Assembly: GCA_013265495.1 (NCBI GenBank)
Contig: MU058781.1
Coordinates: 2,954,158 to 3,018,157 of the forward strand
From: Vicugna vicugna
Lineage: Eukaryota
Reading direction: 5' to 3'
DNA length: 64,000 nt
The notes below the pieces were generated by a model. The model made no database searches and was not told where the DNA came from. It saw only the letters and a list, made by a program, of their open reading frames with translations. Position numbers and translations under genes: made by a program. This document shows, piece after piece, positions 1-11,289 of the stretch (position 1 is the first letter of the stretch; each line of letters opens with the position of its first letter).

Positions 1-77
1 GTCTCCCAAATACTCTCTCACCAAAATACAGGTGTTGTCCCTCCTTGTTTTTAAAATATCCCCACTTCTTTCCCTAG

Positions 78-155
78 ACCATAGACTTAAAACCAAGGTG
101 ATGACATAAAAGGAAGGAAAAAATTATCACTTGGGAAATTGATTACTAGGTGATC
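78..155 (+). pseudogene. fossil exon P0 (78 nt, phase 0-0)
   Basis: Acceptor cccacttctttccctag, donor gtatgc; stops at 99-104 (TGA TGA) and 147-149 (TAG). Confidence 0.55.
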
Positions 156-299
156 GTATGCTCATTCTTAGTGAGACAATTTTGACTTTAAGGTTGTGAT
201 GGGCTATGGTCAAAAGTGCCCTAATGGACATGAATGGAAAATTCCTTGGGTTAAACAAATGTCTTTTAGTAGTCTTTTCTATTTATTCTATTGGTTTTT

Positions 300-965
300 T
301 AAATATACTTATTTGTAATATTTTCTAGTGATTCCTCAAAGGATTTCAATATACTTCTTCAACTTACCACAATCCATTCTGAATACTATACCACTTGACA
401 TATAGTGCAAGAACCTGAAAATAATGTAATTCTATTTATACTCCCTCTTTCCCTTTGTCCTATTGGTACCTATTTTATTTCTAAATATGTTTTAAATTCC
501 ACTGTGCATTGTTACTATTTTTGCTTTTAATAGTCAATAAACTTGATTAATTTAGGAAATTAATTTTTTCTACTTACATACTTATCAAGTGTTCATTATT
601 CTTTCCTCTAGATTTTATGTTCTATCTGATATCAAGTCAGAAGCTTCCCTTAACATTTCTTATAGTGTGGGTCTTGTGGTAACAAATTATCTCAATTTTG
701 TTTTATCTAAAAATGTCTTTATTTGCCTTTATTTTCAAAAACATTTACTGAATATAGGATTCTAGGATAATTCTTGTTTTTGTTTCAGAATTTAAAAATT
801 CCATTGTCTTCTGGCTCCCTTCTGATGAGAAGCTACTGTTCATTTAAATCATTGTTCACTTTATGTACTTGTCTATTATTCTTTGGCTTATTTTAAATTT
901 TTATATATATCTTTGATTTTCAGGAGTTTGATGACAATGTAGGGGTTGTTTTCTTTGCGTTTATC
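300..965 (-). mobile_element. old L1M fragment (antisense)
   Basis: T-rich L1-like motifs, e.g. aaaatgtctttattt...gaatataggattctagg...ccattgtcttctggc...tctgatgagaag. Confidence 0.6.
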
Positions 966-2361
966 CCGATGAGTACGTGGTTGCAGCTTTGGTTAGTCTT
1001 AGTTCACCTTTGGTTTCTAAAGCTTTGACTACCTCTCCCTCCTGGTGGGCCCAAAGGCCAAACTCACAAGACTACTTGACCTTTAAACAATGAGACCTCA
1101 GTTATACCAGACCACAAAACTTAAGACCATGGGATTGCGAGGCACATTCATTAACCATGAGACCTCAAGCCTATTAGCCTGCAAATCTGAAGATTATGAG
1201 AATTGGGACTGTGGAACGATGAGATGTTGAGACCACAAGACTTCAAGACTGCAGGTCTCAAGACTGCCAAATATCCATGTGAGATTGTGGGGTCATGAGC
1301 ATACAATGGGATGCATGATCTCTGTGCCTTCTCTTAGACACCTGGCTTATTATTCTACTAGGCAGTTAAGTGAACACAAAGAATTTATAGATTTTGTGGG
1401 GGTTTTTGGAAATAACTAGTCTTGGATCTCTTTGTCTTTTTTAAATCATCACTTGGGTAGTTAATCTTCACAGGTTAATTGAAATGACAGGCAATTTCTA
1501 GCCTTAGGATGATCAAGCAGAGATATTTCTTCACCTATTTCTTCTTGAAAGTCACTCAACGATAAAAAGAACAAAGAACACAAACTCTTTTTTTGATGAA
1601 ATCTCCAAACCTCAACCACAAAATAGGAAGCAGAAAAAAATTGGAGAACTAGTACAACTTAGCAGAGCTATGGAATGTCAAAACTAAGTTTATAGAAGGT
1701 GATGCCAATAAACAAGCCAATTTGCTCTCTAGAACCCAGGAAAGGCTAAGGAATAGGAGACACCAAATGCTTTGTAAGATGAAAGTCAGGGGAGGGTATA
1801 AACACAGCAGTTTCATTGAAAATCTCTTTTAAGAGCTGTTAAATACCCAGTGCTTCATCCTTTCTAGACAATCAGGCCACTTCTTTTCCACTTCCACTAT
1901 TAAACATAAGAGGTAATTTCTTCAGAAAAAGCAGCTCTGGATTCAGAAACTGCAGGGACAGAGGAAGGTGGTAGTGAAGTACTAAACTGCAGTCAGAAGA
2001 AGAAAAAATGCACACTACACACCTGCCTTATCTCATTCCCCAAGTGACAGAATGCCAATAATCAGCCTAATACAACCTCCAGGCAGGATCCATCTCTGGA
2101 GAAAGTGAATCAACTCAGAGGGGAAAAAACAGATACTGACATTTTGAGGTTCCTCAATGTATTGCTTAAAGAAGGCTAACTGCTATAACAAATAGACATC
2201 CCCCCCCAAAAAAGCATACTGGTGCAAACACATTCATGTTTAATTCTTGCTCATGTAAGTCATGTCAGCATGCAGGCACCTGGGCTGATAGAGTCTCTCA
2301 TATTCAACACATGATTTCCAAGGTCACCTTCAGAGGGTCATTTTCATTTCAGACGTAGGGG

Positions 2362-2445
2362 AGCATGACTGAATCACTATGTGGTATACCAGAAATTAAC
2401 ACAACATTGTAAACTGACTATACTTTAACTTTAAAAAACAATAAA
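2362..2445 (+). mobile_element. short young L1 3' tail
   Basis: atgactgaatcactatgtggtataccagaaattaacacaacattgtaaactgactatact plus A-rich tail; same family as 20265-20490. Confidence 0.75.
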
Positions 2446-2573
2446 TTCTACATATGTGAGTCTGTGTGTATGTATATGTGAAAGAGAGAGACGTTTTATA
2501 GAGATTAAGGATCATTTTGTAAACTTCCTTTATTAAATGACAGGGTGGCCTTTTTTTTAAAACTGTTCTTTAG

Positions 2574-2749
2574 CCTTCTGCAGCTGACCTCTTAAGTTGC
2601 GTCAGATTATCAAAAAGGACTGGCATTATGTTACTCAGTGTGTACCAGAGTTTACCATGGAAGGTCTAAGAAGGAGAGTGGAGGGAAGATGTGGATCAGA
2701 GTATTTCTCCACTGTCATGTAGATTGGAATGCTCTACCACCAGACACCA
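2574..2749 (+). pseudogene. fossil exon P1 (176 nt)
   Basis: Acceptor ctgttctttag, consensus donor gtaagt at 2750; single TAA at 2667-2669. Confidence 0.65.
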
Positions 2750-4044
2750 GTAAGTAATTTACAATGAACATATAAGCACAGTCAAAGCTTCTTAAAGGAT
2801 CTGCAATAAAGAAAATCTTTAAATTTATTTTCTCCCAATTACTGGATAAACCCATGGAGTGACTGTTAAAAGGAACACACTTCAGGATGGTTCCACATAG
2901 TAAATCATGGTAGTTTTAGAATAGCTCTACGTAAGAAAAGGTAACTGGGAACAATGTGTCACTGTGTATGATGACAACCGTACCTGCTTACATAAAGGGT
3001 TAAGGTTTTGTATTGGGAAATACAACATTCTTAAGAAAAGTATGTAAAGCCAAAGAATGCTTTGCACTCCAGTTTAGTTTGAGTCTGAATAGCATTCTAT
3101 ACTGGAAGCTCTGGACACAGGCTTTGTATCTTTGGCCTAGATTAATTTGCAGCCTCAGGGCACTGCTAGACCTATCATCCCTTATAATTCTCTTTAAACC
3201 CCCAGTGAGATCATTGCCAAAAACTCATAGGACTGAGCCAGAGGGATATCACCTAGACTGACTAAATATTTAATTGTGCTCCCTCTACTCCAAATGGCAA
3301 TGAATGTATGTTTTGTTTTCTTTCATATCTTATACTCCAAGGAATTATACCTTCCTTATACCTTCAAGGAATTGTCACAACAAACACCCATGTCACTATC
3401 TCCTAAGTCTAAATATAGACTATTTTAGCACCCTGGAAAACACCTTCATATCCTCTTCCAATCATTACCTGCTTTCTCTGCAAAGGAAATCATCATCTGG
3501 GTTTCATGGTAATCACTTCCCTACTGTTTCTTTACAGCTTAATCCTCTAAATATGCACTACAAAATTTTTCTTTGAATTTTATATAAGTAGACTCATCAG
3601 TCTGTGTTATTTTGTATCTGGATTCTCAACATCACATTTCTGAGATTCGTGCATGTTTTCCACGGAGCAGTAGTTCATTCACGTCATTGCAATAAAACAT
3701 TCTATTATTTTAAAAAAAACATTATCTATTTACCCATTCTACTGTTGATTAATATGAGTATTTTTCTTTTTTTCAGTTTTTTAAAAACTATTTGTTTTGA
3801 ATAAACAGAAAATTTGGAAAAGATTGAAATTCATTCTGGACAGGCCAAAAACCTCATATCAAAATCATTCTTTCCAAATGCCTAGTTTCTCATAAAATTA
3901 ATGCCATATGTTTCAGTGTTAAAAACAAAAATGAAAAAAAAAGTAATCCCCAAAAATGATGCTTAAAACTCTCTGGATTTGGATCAACTTTCCTAGCCCC
4001 ACTTCTCACCTTCTCCCTCCACTCTGACTTTCTCAAGTGACCAG

Positions 4045-4221
4045 ACAGCTGGAGGCAATGACCCAGGGATGCCACTATGCAACAGGAGAAGGAAGAATGG
4101 CAGCAAAGAACCTGAGGCTCATATAAACCAAGCACAGCACACAGGGAGTGGAGTGGAACCGCCTATATCCTCTTCAACACACTTCTCCAACCTTCCCATC
4201 TGCCACTTCTTTTTACCCAGA
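4045..4221 (+). pseudogene. fossil exon P2 (177 nt, phase 2-2)
   Basis: Long pyrimidine tract then ccag; donor gtgggt; single TAA at 4124-4126. A competing AG lies at 4036-4037. Confidence 0.6.
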
Positions 4222-4230
4222 GTGGGTGTG

Positions 4231-4232
<2 letters not shown>

Positions 4233-4288
<56 letters not shown>
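4233..4288 (+). repeat. (GT)28 microsatellite
   Basis: Pure GT run, seen directly. Confidence 0.98.
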
Positions 4289-4292
<4 letters not shown>

Positions 4293-5544
4293 GAGAGGGA
4301 AGCATTGAGGCTTTGATAAATGTGAGAGTGAGAACATCTCTGTCTTATCACAGTTATACACAAGCTATCCCCCAGGTAATATCTGGGACCTATATGGGAC
4401 GAGAGAAGCACCACCCCGTCTCCACCTCTGAAAAATGACGAAGTATTTCTAAGCACAAGGGAAGGAAAAGGCGTATTGTATAAAACGTGTTTTAGGTATA
4501 AGGACATTAATTTATGTCATTAACTAAGCATAATTTTTTTAAAAAGGGACTCTATCCACTTTTCCAAATTCTCTTCTAATCACTATAGGTTCTATTGCAT
4601 TCTTGCTTATCTACATTTTAATGGGAAGCTGAAAAATATTTAAGTGAAACTGAAGAACAGAAGCAGTGAGGGAACCCTCTGGACGAACAGTGCTTTTAAT
4701 TAAGGGGAAAAGAATAGAAAGACAGGGGTAGTCAATATGTTTGCCACCTTCTGCTGTGACCAGAGATATAGTCACTGGGTAATGTGAACAAAGGAAATAT
4801 TATACATGAATGTTTTTAAATTTTTGACATTCCTTATGAAAACATAAGATTCTTCTCAAATAGTTCTTTCTCAGAGATAATTATTACATCTTCAACTGTA
4901 TTCATAAAATGCTCTTTTTTCTTTGTAATTAAAGAAGATTTCCGTAGATTAAAAAAAGGTAGGTTTGCAAATCCAATTTTATCTGCATTTCTTAGAAAGT
5001 AGAGAAGAGTCTGTTTAACAAGCAGGACTGTTTTCTTTTTATGCATAAATATTTACTTAGTTCTTTTTTATAGTCATTTATCAGTGCTTTATAAAATGAC
5101 AAGAATATAACTTTTTCTTTCTTTCTGATACAACTTTTAATTATTCCTAAAGGCAACATGAGAGTATTTTTAATTATGTTAATCTTCATATTTATTAGAC
5201 TTTTTTTCCATTTTCTGGACCTAGTACTTCTCAATTTAGGCTTACATTTTAACTAAAACTAACTCTAGGCCAGTATTACATTAGATTTTTTGAATACCTT
5301 CATTACAAGCTGACTTTTGAGATAAGGGCCCAATCACATATGTCTAAGAAAACAGAGAAGTCCTTTGCTCCAGGTCACATGCCTAGTTAGTGCCAGAACT
5401 GGGAGGATGCCCTGGTCTCCTGACAGACACCTCGTCAATGCAATTTCCATATGCCTAAAATTCTCCCACTATTTCTTCTAGTAAATAAATGGATGTGGGA
5501 TTTGTTTCATTTTGTTTTTTTGTATTGATGAATATGCCCTTCTA

Positions 5545-6075
5545 CTCCTAGGTGAGAAAGTAAACATATATCCACACAACACGCATACCTTAATATTCAC
5601 AGCAGCATTTTTCATGACATCCAAGAAGTGGAAACAGTCCAAATGGCCGTCAGTTGATGAATGGGTAAATAAAACATGGCATGTGTATTCAGTGGAATAT
5701 TAATTGGCAATAAAAAGGAATGAAATACTGACACATGCTACCATAGGGATGAACCTTGAAAACTTCATGCTAAATAGAAGTCAGGCACAGAATTCCATAC
5801 ATTGCATGACTCCATTTATGTGAAGTGTCCAGAATAGGCAAATCTATAAATACAGATAGTAAATTCATGGCTGCGTAGAGCTGGGGAAGATGGGCAGGAG
5901 GCCTTGAGGGTGATGGCTAAGAGGCATTTCTTTTTGGAGTGATGTCAGTGTTTTACAACTGATTATGGTGATAGTTACACAATGCCTTAAATACACTAAA
6001 AGACATTGCATTGTACACTATCTACGTGTGAATGGTACGGAATATGAATTATACCTGAGTAAAGCTGTTAAAAAT
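5545..6075 (+). mobile_element. L1MB-like 3' end
   Basis: aagtggaaacagtccaaatg...gatgaatgggtaaataaaacatgg...gatgaaccttgaaaac...taaagctgttaaaaa. Confidence 0.85.
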
Positions 6076-6785
6076 AGGCCTTTGTTGGGGCTCATTTTAA
6101 AGATTTATATCATCAGCGTTAAAATGAGATGAAGTAACCATCATCAACCACAGACAAAAACAATGGAAAAAAAAAAGATGGCTCAAAAATTTAAAATATG
6201 TTGCTTTCTTGTGCTTTACCTTATTTATTAGACCCTCACTGTAAGCTGTGTTAAGAAATAATTCATATGTCCATTTACCACTCTGTGATAGACTCAGTCT
6301 GCAAATATTATGGACAATCTACCTGCTGCTAGAAACTGTGCTGGACACTGGAGGTAGAATGATAAACAAAAATATAAAGTCCACCCAGGGTGCTCATGGC
6401 AAAGACTCCAATTTTTAGAAGAAACCAAAGAAGTTAGCATTCTATATGCCAAACCCCACAGAAAGCACAGCACGTAAGTTTAAAATTGTAATAATGGCCA
6501 ATTGAAAAATGATTTCTTACACTGCAGTTAATACTGCTTGGCTATTGAGATAATTGAAATTATCAAATTGTTTAATTGGTGTCTATTTATTACATAAACA
6601 AAGTCATTCACTGTCTTATTCATCTCTATCTCAGGAACCTATTCAATGAATATAGTTCATAATAAAAATGTGTTGAACTCTCAAAAGTGGTTAATGATCT
6701 AGCGATATGATGGTCTTGTGGCTATAGTTCATTAAAATCCAAACAGCAGTTGAACAGTTGTCTTATTGATTCTTTTAATCTCCAG

Positions 6786-6852
6786 TTCAAGAGAGCAGAG
6801 AAAGGAAAAAATATTTGCAAAGGCAACAAATGGAGAGTTACGAGCATACTTT
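6786..6852 (+). pseudogene. fossil exon P3 (67 nt)
   Basis: Acceptor ttcttttaatctccag, donor gtaagc (alternative gtaaga at 6863); open frame. Confidence 0.7.
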
Positions 6853-6972
6853 GTAAGCCTGGGTAAGACCAATGCAATTTATGGCCTATCATGAATATTG
6901 TGGTCTGATGATTTTTCAAATGATTTGCAAGACAAACCACTGCTTTCTGCTTTATTTCACATGCCTTCCAAG

Positions 6973-7025
6973 ATTCCTTCAGGCACAAGAGAGTTGCTTT
7001 ATTCTCTTGTACTTGAGGTTGAAAA
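6973..7025 (+). pseudogene. fossil exon P4 (53 nt)
   Basis: Acceptor atgccttccaag, donor gtgagt; open frame IPSGTRELLYSLVLEVE. Confidence 0.7.
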
Positions 7026-7387
7026 GTGAGTTTCTCTTTATTACACACGCCTTTGGTACGTGGCATGTGAAGGCAGACAAAAGCTTGGCCAGTCACAACA
7101 TTTGCCCCTGGTGCAGTCAGGTGGATAATACTTCCCTTCTAAGTGTGGCCTTTCTTCTGAGCATAAAATGCTTTACAAATATTATCTGACTGAGCTCAGA
7201 ACCCCAGCAGGGAGACTAGGAGACAGGGTTTAGTAGTAAACTATTTCACTTCTGAGGAAATCAAAGAAAAAGGGGCTTTCCAACTGAGATGCAAGGAAAT
7301 TTTAACCTTTTAGCTACTAGAGGCAAATGGTCCAAGAAATAACTTGATAGTGAGTTTGTCTTCTGCATCCTAACAATGACAACACAG

Positions 7388-7526
7388 CCTGCAGGCTTTG
7401 GGAGCATTTCAACCTGCACAGATCCGGCACTGCACAGCCATCCAACCTGCACAGATCCAGCACTGCATATGCAACTTGCACAAGGAGGTGCCTGACAATA
7501 GTTCCTTCAGCCCAGGGGGCTCTTGA
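7388..7526 (+). pseudogene. fossil terminal coding exon P5
   Basis: CTAAC branch point at 7370-7374, acag acceptor (weak pyrimidine tract); open in the phase required by P4 up to TGA 7524-7526. Confidence 0.6.
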
Positions 7527-8009
7527 CAAATGAATACTGAACTGATTTTGGAAAATGTGAAAGTGATTCTGTAGTGTAAATAGAGAACATTTGCTATAAG
7601 CGCATTGCATAATCTCTGCAATAATTGCCACTGTGACCATAACAGGGAGATGTTAACAGCATGAGGTCATTTACAGTGGACGTGGATTGTATCTACCCAT
7701 AGGAAGATTTAGAAATTTATATATATACATATATATGTGTGCACGTATATATGTAATATATATAAATTAAATATGCATAAATAATTCAGTCAAGCAATAA
7801 TGAATGAAAAGTTACAAACAACTAGGGTTTGAAATACAGCAATTTTTAAATTAATTGATCTCAATGTGTAGACATTTTTACTATGTTGTTCTTTGGAATG
7901 ATAAGAAACTAAGAAATAATACGGCTTTGCCCTAGGAAGCTTAGGGTTTCAGCTGAACAACTGACTTTCATTTGATGAAACTGAGAATCTGGCTCTAGAA
8001 CTTCCAAAT

Positions 8010-8170
8010 TGAATCTCTCTGTGACTCAGTTTCCTCATTTGCAAAATGAGAATAATGACTGTGTCCACTTCATAGGGTTATTACAAAGGCTAAATGAGTT
8101 AATGTGAAGCAGGCATAACAGTGCCCCCAATACAGCACATGCTACATAAAAGCTAGTTACCTCTGTTACT
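8010..8170 (+). mobile_element. MIR SINE
   Basis: ctctctgtgactcagtttcctcatttgcaaaatgagaataat core. Confidence 0.85.
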
Positions 8171-8346
8171 ATTATTGTTGTTATTGCTATTATTACTACT
8201 ATTTTGTTCATGTAACAGTACTTACAATCCAACAGTAAAACAGACATCAAGCAAGAAATTACTACAAGGTGTGATGGGTATTAGGAAGGGGAAGTAGAGG
8301 ATGCTCCTTGTTCTTGAATAAGCACCGACACCTTCTCCAGCTAGTA

Positions 8347-8530
8347 CTAGTTTTCCTTCCTCCTTGCTATGTAGCAGGAGTACTGGGGTTCAGACTCTGG
8401 TGAAAAACCCAGAAGGGAACATCCTACCCTTAAATTTCGGGCAGACAACTTTGACTCATGGATAATGAAGAGAGAATTCTGAGTCCAAGTGGAAGATTAT
8501 CTTCCATCTCTGTTCCCTTAGAGCAAAAGA
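8347..8530 (-). pseudogene. candidate terminal fossil exon
   Basis: Strong acceptor ttgctcttttcttttcag; phase-2 frame ILLL*GNRDGR*SSTWTQNSLFIIHESKLSARNLRVGCSLLGFSPESEPQYSCYIARRKEN*. Confidence 0.45.
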
Positions 8531-8930
8531 CTGAAAAGAAAAGAGCAATAAAACCCAAAAGAACTACCGTGGCAAAATTTCCCTAAAACCTGAAGGAGAA
8601 ACATATCAGTAGGATTGGAACTGGTGGTGGCAGCAGAAAGAGAGACAGTGGGGGCTGGCTGGTGGCTGTCAGTGGCCTCTGCTGTCAGGCATCAACATTC
8701 TTAGGAAGAGGCAGTGTCAGGATCCAGGATGGACACCTTGGGCAGGCACTGACACCCCAGCAGGAGCTTGAATTGGCATCTCTGGCATGGGTGCCATTTT
8801 TGTCACTGACAGCAAGACAGCAAGAAATGAGGGAACTAGAGGGTGCCAGCTGGTATCCAGGAACATCTGTGTCCTGGCTCACTCTTCACTAACCAGACAA
8901 ATCTTAGGATAGGTCTCCAGATAGGCTTAC

Positions 8931-8997
8931 ATTTGAGGGGCTACTGCTGCTCTGGGGACTTCCAAGTCAACGGGAGGTATCAGAGAGCAGAGGTGAT
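8931..8997 (-). pseudogene. fossil exon (67 nt)
   Basis: Acceptor ccttttgctttgcatag, donor gtaagc; only open frame is (Y)HLCSLIPPVDLEVPRAAVAPQ. Confidence 0.65.
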
Positions 8998-10249
8998 CTA
9001 TGCAAAGCAAAAGGGGCAGTGTTTTGTTACAATAATTGTAGCATTATTTTTGCCACAGATCACTGTTGTTGGAAAAGAAATTATGTTCACCTTTCAAAGG
9101 ATATTTTTAGTACTTTTAAAACCCAATATGAAAATCCGTATGTACTTACGAAATAACGTTGTGTTGTTCTAATATTAACAAGAAAAACAAAACACCAAGA
9201 TTAACTGCAATTAAGTTTCCTGTTGGCTTATAAGTGATACTGAGACTGTAATTTTTTAAAATAGACTTTATACGGTAGACATCTCAACAGTCTGATTTTT
9301 ATTTGTTTCTGCTGTCATGATTATTTCAGATGTTACCAATGACTAGTCTCAGTCAAGAGAATATTTACTGTATAAATTATGAAGTAATATATGCCTGTCT
9401 CTTATATCTGTTACTACAGATAATGCAGAACACAGTTTCTGTGTATCCTGAATTAGAATTTCTTTTAAATGCTTGAGGATATGATTTTATTTTTTTCATT
9501 TTTCTTTAACTTGTTGGTAAAGTTATTTTTACATTAATCAAGGTGTTTAAATACTTTTCTCTTGAGTCATGCTTCCTAGAGACATATACCCAGGGTTGGC
9601 TTTAGACAAAATCATAAGCGCATTTACCCAATCTGTTTCCTAGCATCCCCCAATTCCCGCCTCCCACCTTCTCTTCTATCCTCCAGGGAGAACTGTGTCT
9701 GTACCACTTACAGGATCTAACCCATCAAAGTCTGTCTTGGAAATAACTACTGAATTTAACATACCATCACCTCCTTTTATCATTCAGATAACTGCATTTT
9801 AACAAGAAACAATGGCTGAGCTTCTCTTGTCAGAGTACCTTTAATCCTAGGAGTACATTTGGTCTGCCAGAGCATGCAAAGTCTCCAGAAAAAATATGGT
9901 ACATCTTCCTGAATGTAAATATTAATTTGTATATTAAAACAAGCATGGCTTTATAAATTGAGATTGCAAAGAACCCAAGACTTGTAAAGACAGAACACAA
10001 GACTGTAAAGAAATCTTAAAATTACGATAGGCTACCTGAGCTAAAGCCCCAAAGCATGTCATCCTTCTGTTACTCGATCTCACGCCCATCTGCAAGCATA
10101 CAGGCATCTGTAGAGGAATTTAAGCAGCACAGGCTCCAGCTAAAGGGATGAAGTCCTAGTGAGTAATTTCAGTACCATCCAGCTGGAGAAACACCAAAAA
10201 TTAGCAAGAGAATGAGGATTCTTATGTAACAGAAAGAAGTTGAACTTCC

Positions 10250-10400
10250 AACACTTACTGTGTGACTTTGGGCAAGTCACTTAACCTCTCCGAATAAATT
10301 TCCCTATCTGTGAATTGGGAATGAAGACTCTCAGTTCGGCATTCTTCACAAGAACTGGTGAAGCCTAAGGAAGACACTTGTGAAATGCTATGAATTATAA
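10250..10400 (+). mobile_element. MIR SINE
   Basis: cacttactgtgtgactttgggcaagtcacttaacctctc core. Confidence 0.8.
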
Positions 10401-10518
10401 AATGTTAAGTTACTCTTGTTTCTGTTTTTGCTCAACTGTGTGTTTTGTAGAAATGTTCACAGGCCTTCTCTGAACCCTGGAATCTTGTCCAACACTTGGG
10501 TCCCTTCCAGTTGCTTAC

Positions 10519-10586
10519 AATTGGTCTCCTGTTCCGGTGGGGGGATGGGGTCCTTCCGGACTTCCCAACTCAAGCTGAGAAACTGA
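10519..10586 (-). pseudogene. fossil exon (68 nt)
   Basis: Acceptor ctgactctcttccctag, donor gtaagc; QFLSLSWEVRKDPIPPPEQETN joins the next exon's open frame. Confidence 0.65.
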
Positions 10587-10704
10587 CTAGGGAAGAGAGT
10601 CAGAATTTGATCATAAATAAATATCCTTGCTATATATTAAGATTTTACACAGAAATAGAAAAAGCACGTACATTTTAAAGAATCTGTGCATGATTTTTGC
10701 TTAC

Positions 10705-10866
10705 ATCCCTCCTTCACCTGAAGGATCTGTAGGAGCTTATGGGGGATGCAGAGCTGGTTCTAGTAATGTCGACTACAGAAGTGGAAGTAGCTCGAGAAAT
10801 CACATTTCTTTCTTTGGGACGAAGATACATCTATCTTTGGCTTATTTGCCATCTGTGCTGGTAAAT
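10705..10866 (-). pseudogene. fossil exon (162 nt)
   Basis: Acceptor tctgtctctccccaaaag, donor gtaagc; length is a multiple of 3; stops in all frames. Confidence 0.55.
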
Positions 10867-11181
10867 CTTTTGGGGAGAGACAGATATACAGCTCTAGATT
10901 TGAGGCTCTCAATTAGCTATTTATAAAAACAGAAAAATGTCTTGTTCTGAACTTGGAATCCTGGCAGTGGGTTTGGATATAGAGAATGCCACTTCCCATG
11001 TAGAAAGGCATGTAACACGGAGAAGGGTCATACAGGGTCTTCCACACCTAAGAAATAGTCCAAGTGCAGCTGTTTGACGGAAACAATTTTCCTTTCAGTT
11101 GCTACTGCATTTTCCTAGGTGTGTGGACACCTAGGGGGAGCTTTAGTCAGGCTTAGGGGCTGTCATCTAAAGAGAGATGCA

Positions 11182-11239
11182 GATGACAATGTTATCTCTA
11201 AATAAATACAGTTTCACTTACAAAAATTTTAAAATAAAA
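11182..11239 (+). mobile_element. 58-bp retroposed insert with 14-bp TSD
   Basis: taaagagagatgca at 11168-11181 and 11240-11253 flanks an insert with AATAAA and an A-rich tail. Confidence 0.6.
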
Positions 11240-11289
11240 TAAAGAGAGATGCAAAATGCATGGCCGTTTTAAAGCTCCAAGAATACTAC

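Larger units (their letters stand above)
78..7526 (+). pseudogene. 3' part of an intron-containing (unitary-type) pseudogene of an unrecognised protein; exons 78-155, 2574-2749, 4045-4221, 6786-6852, 6973-7025, 7388-7526
   Basis: All six segments have AG acceptors and the first five have GT donors (gtatgc, gtaagt, gtgggt, gtaagc, gtgagt). Phases match (0,2,2,0,2), giving TIDLKPR**HKRKEKIITWEIDY*VI|PSAADLLSCVRLSKRTGIMLLSVYQSLPWKV*EGEWREDVDQSISPLSCRLECSTTRHQ|QLEAMTQGCHYATGEGRMAAKNLRLI*TKHSTQGVEWNRLYPLQHTSPTFPSATSFYPD|SREQRKEKIFAKATNGELRAYF|IPSGTRELLYSLVLEVEN|LQALGAFQPAQIRHCTAIQPAQIQHCICNLHKEVPDNSSFSPGGS*. The frame choice is partly a judgement because alternative splice sites exist. Confidence 0.7.

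Noticed and set aside
4069..4507. ORFs with CVCV/HTHT runs
   Set aside because: Translations of the GT microsatellite.
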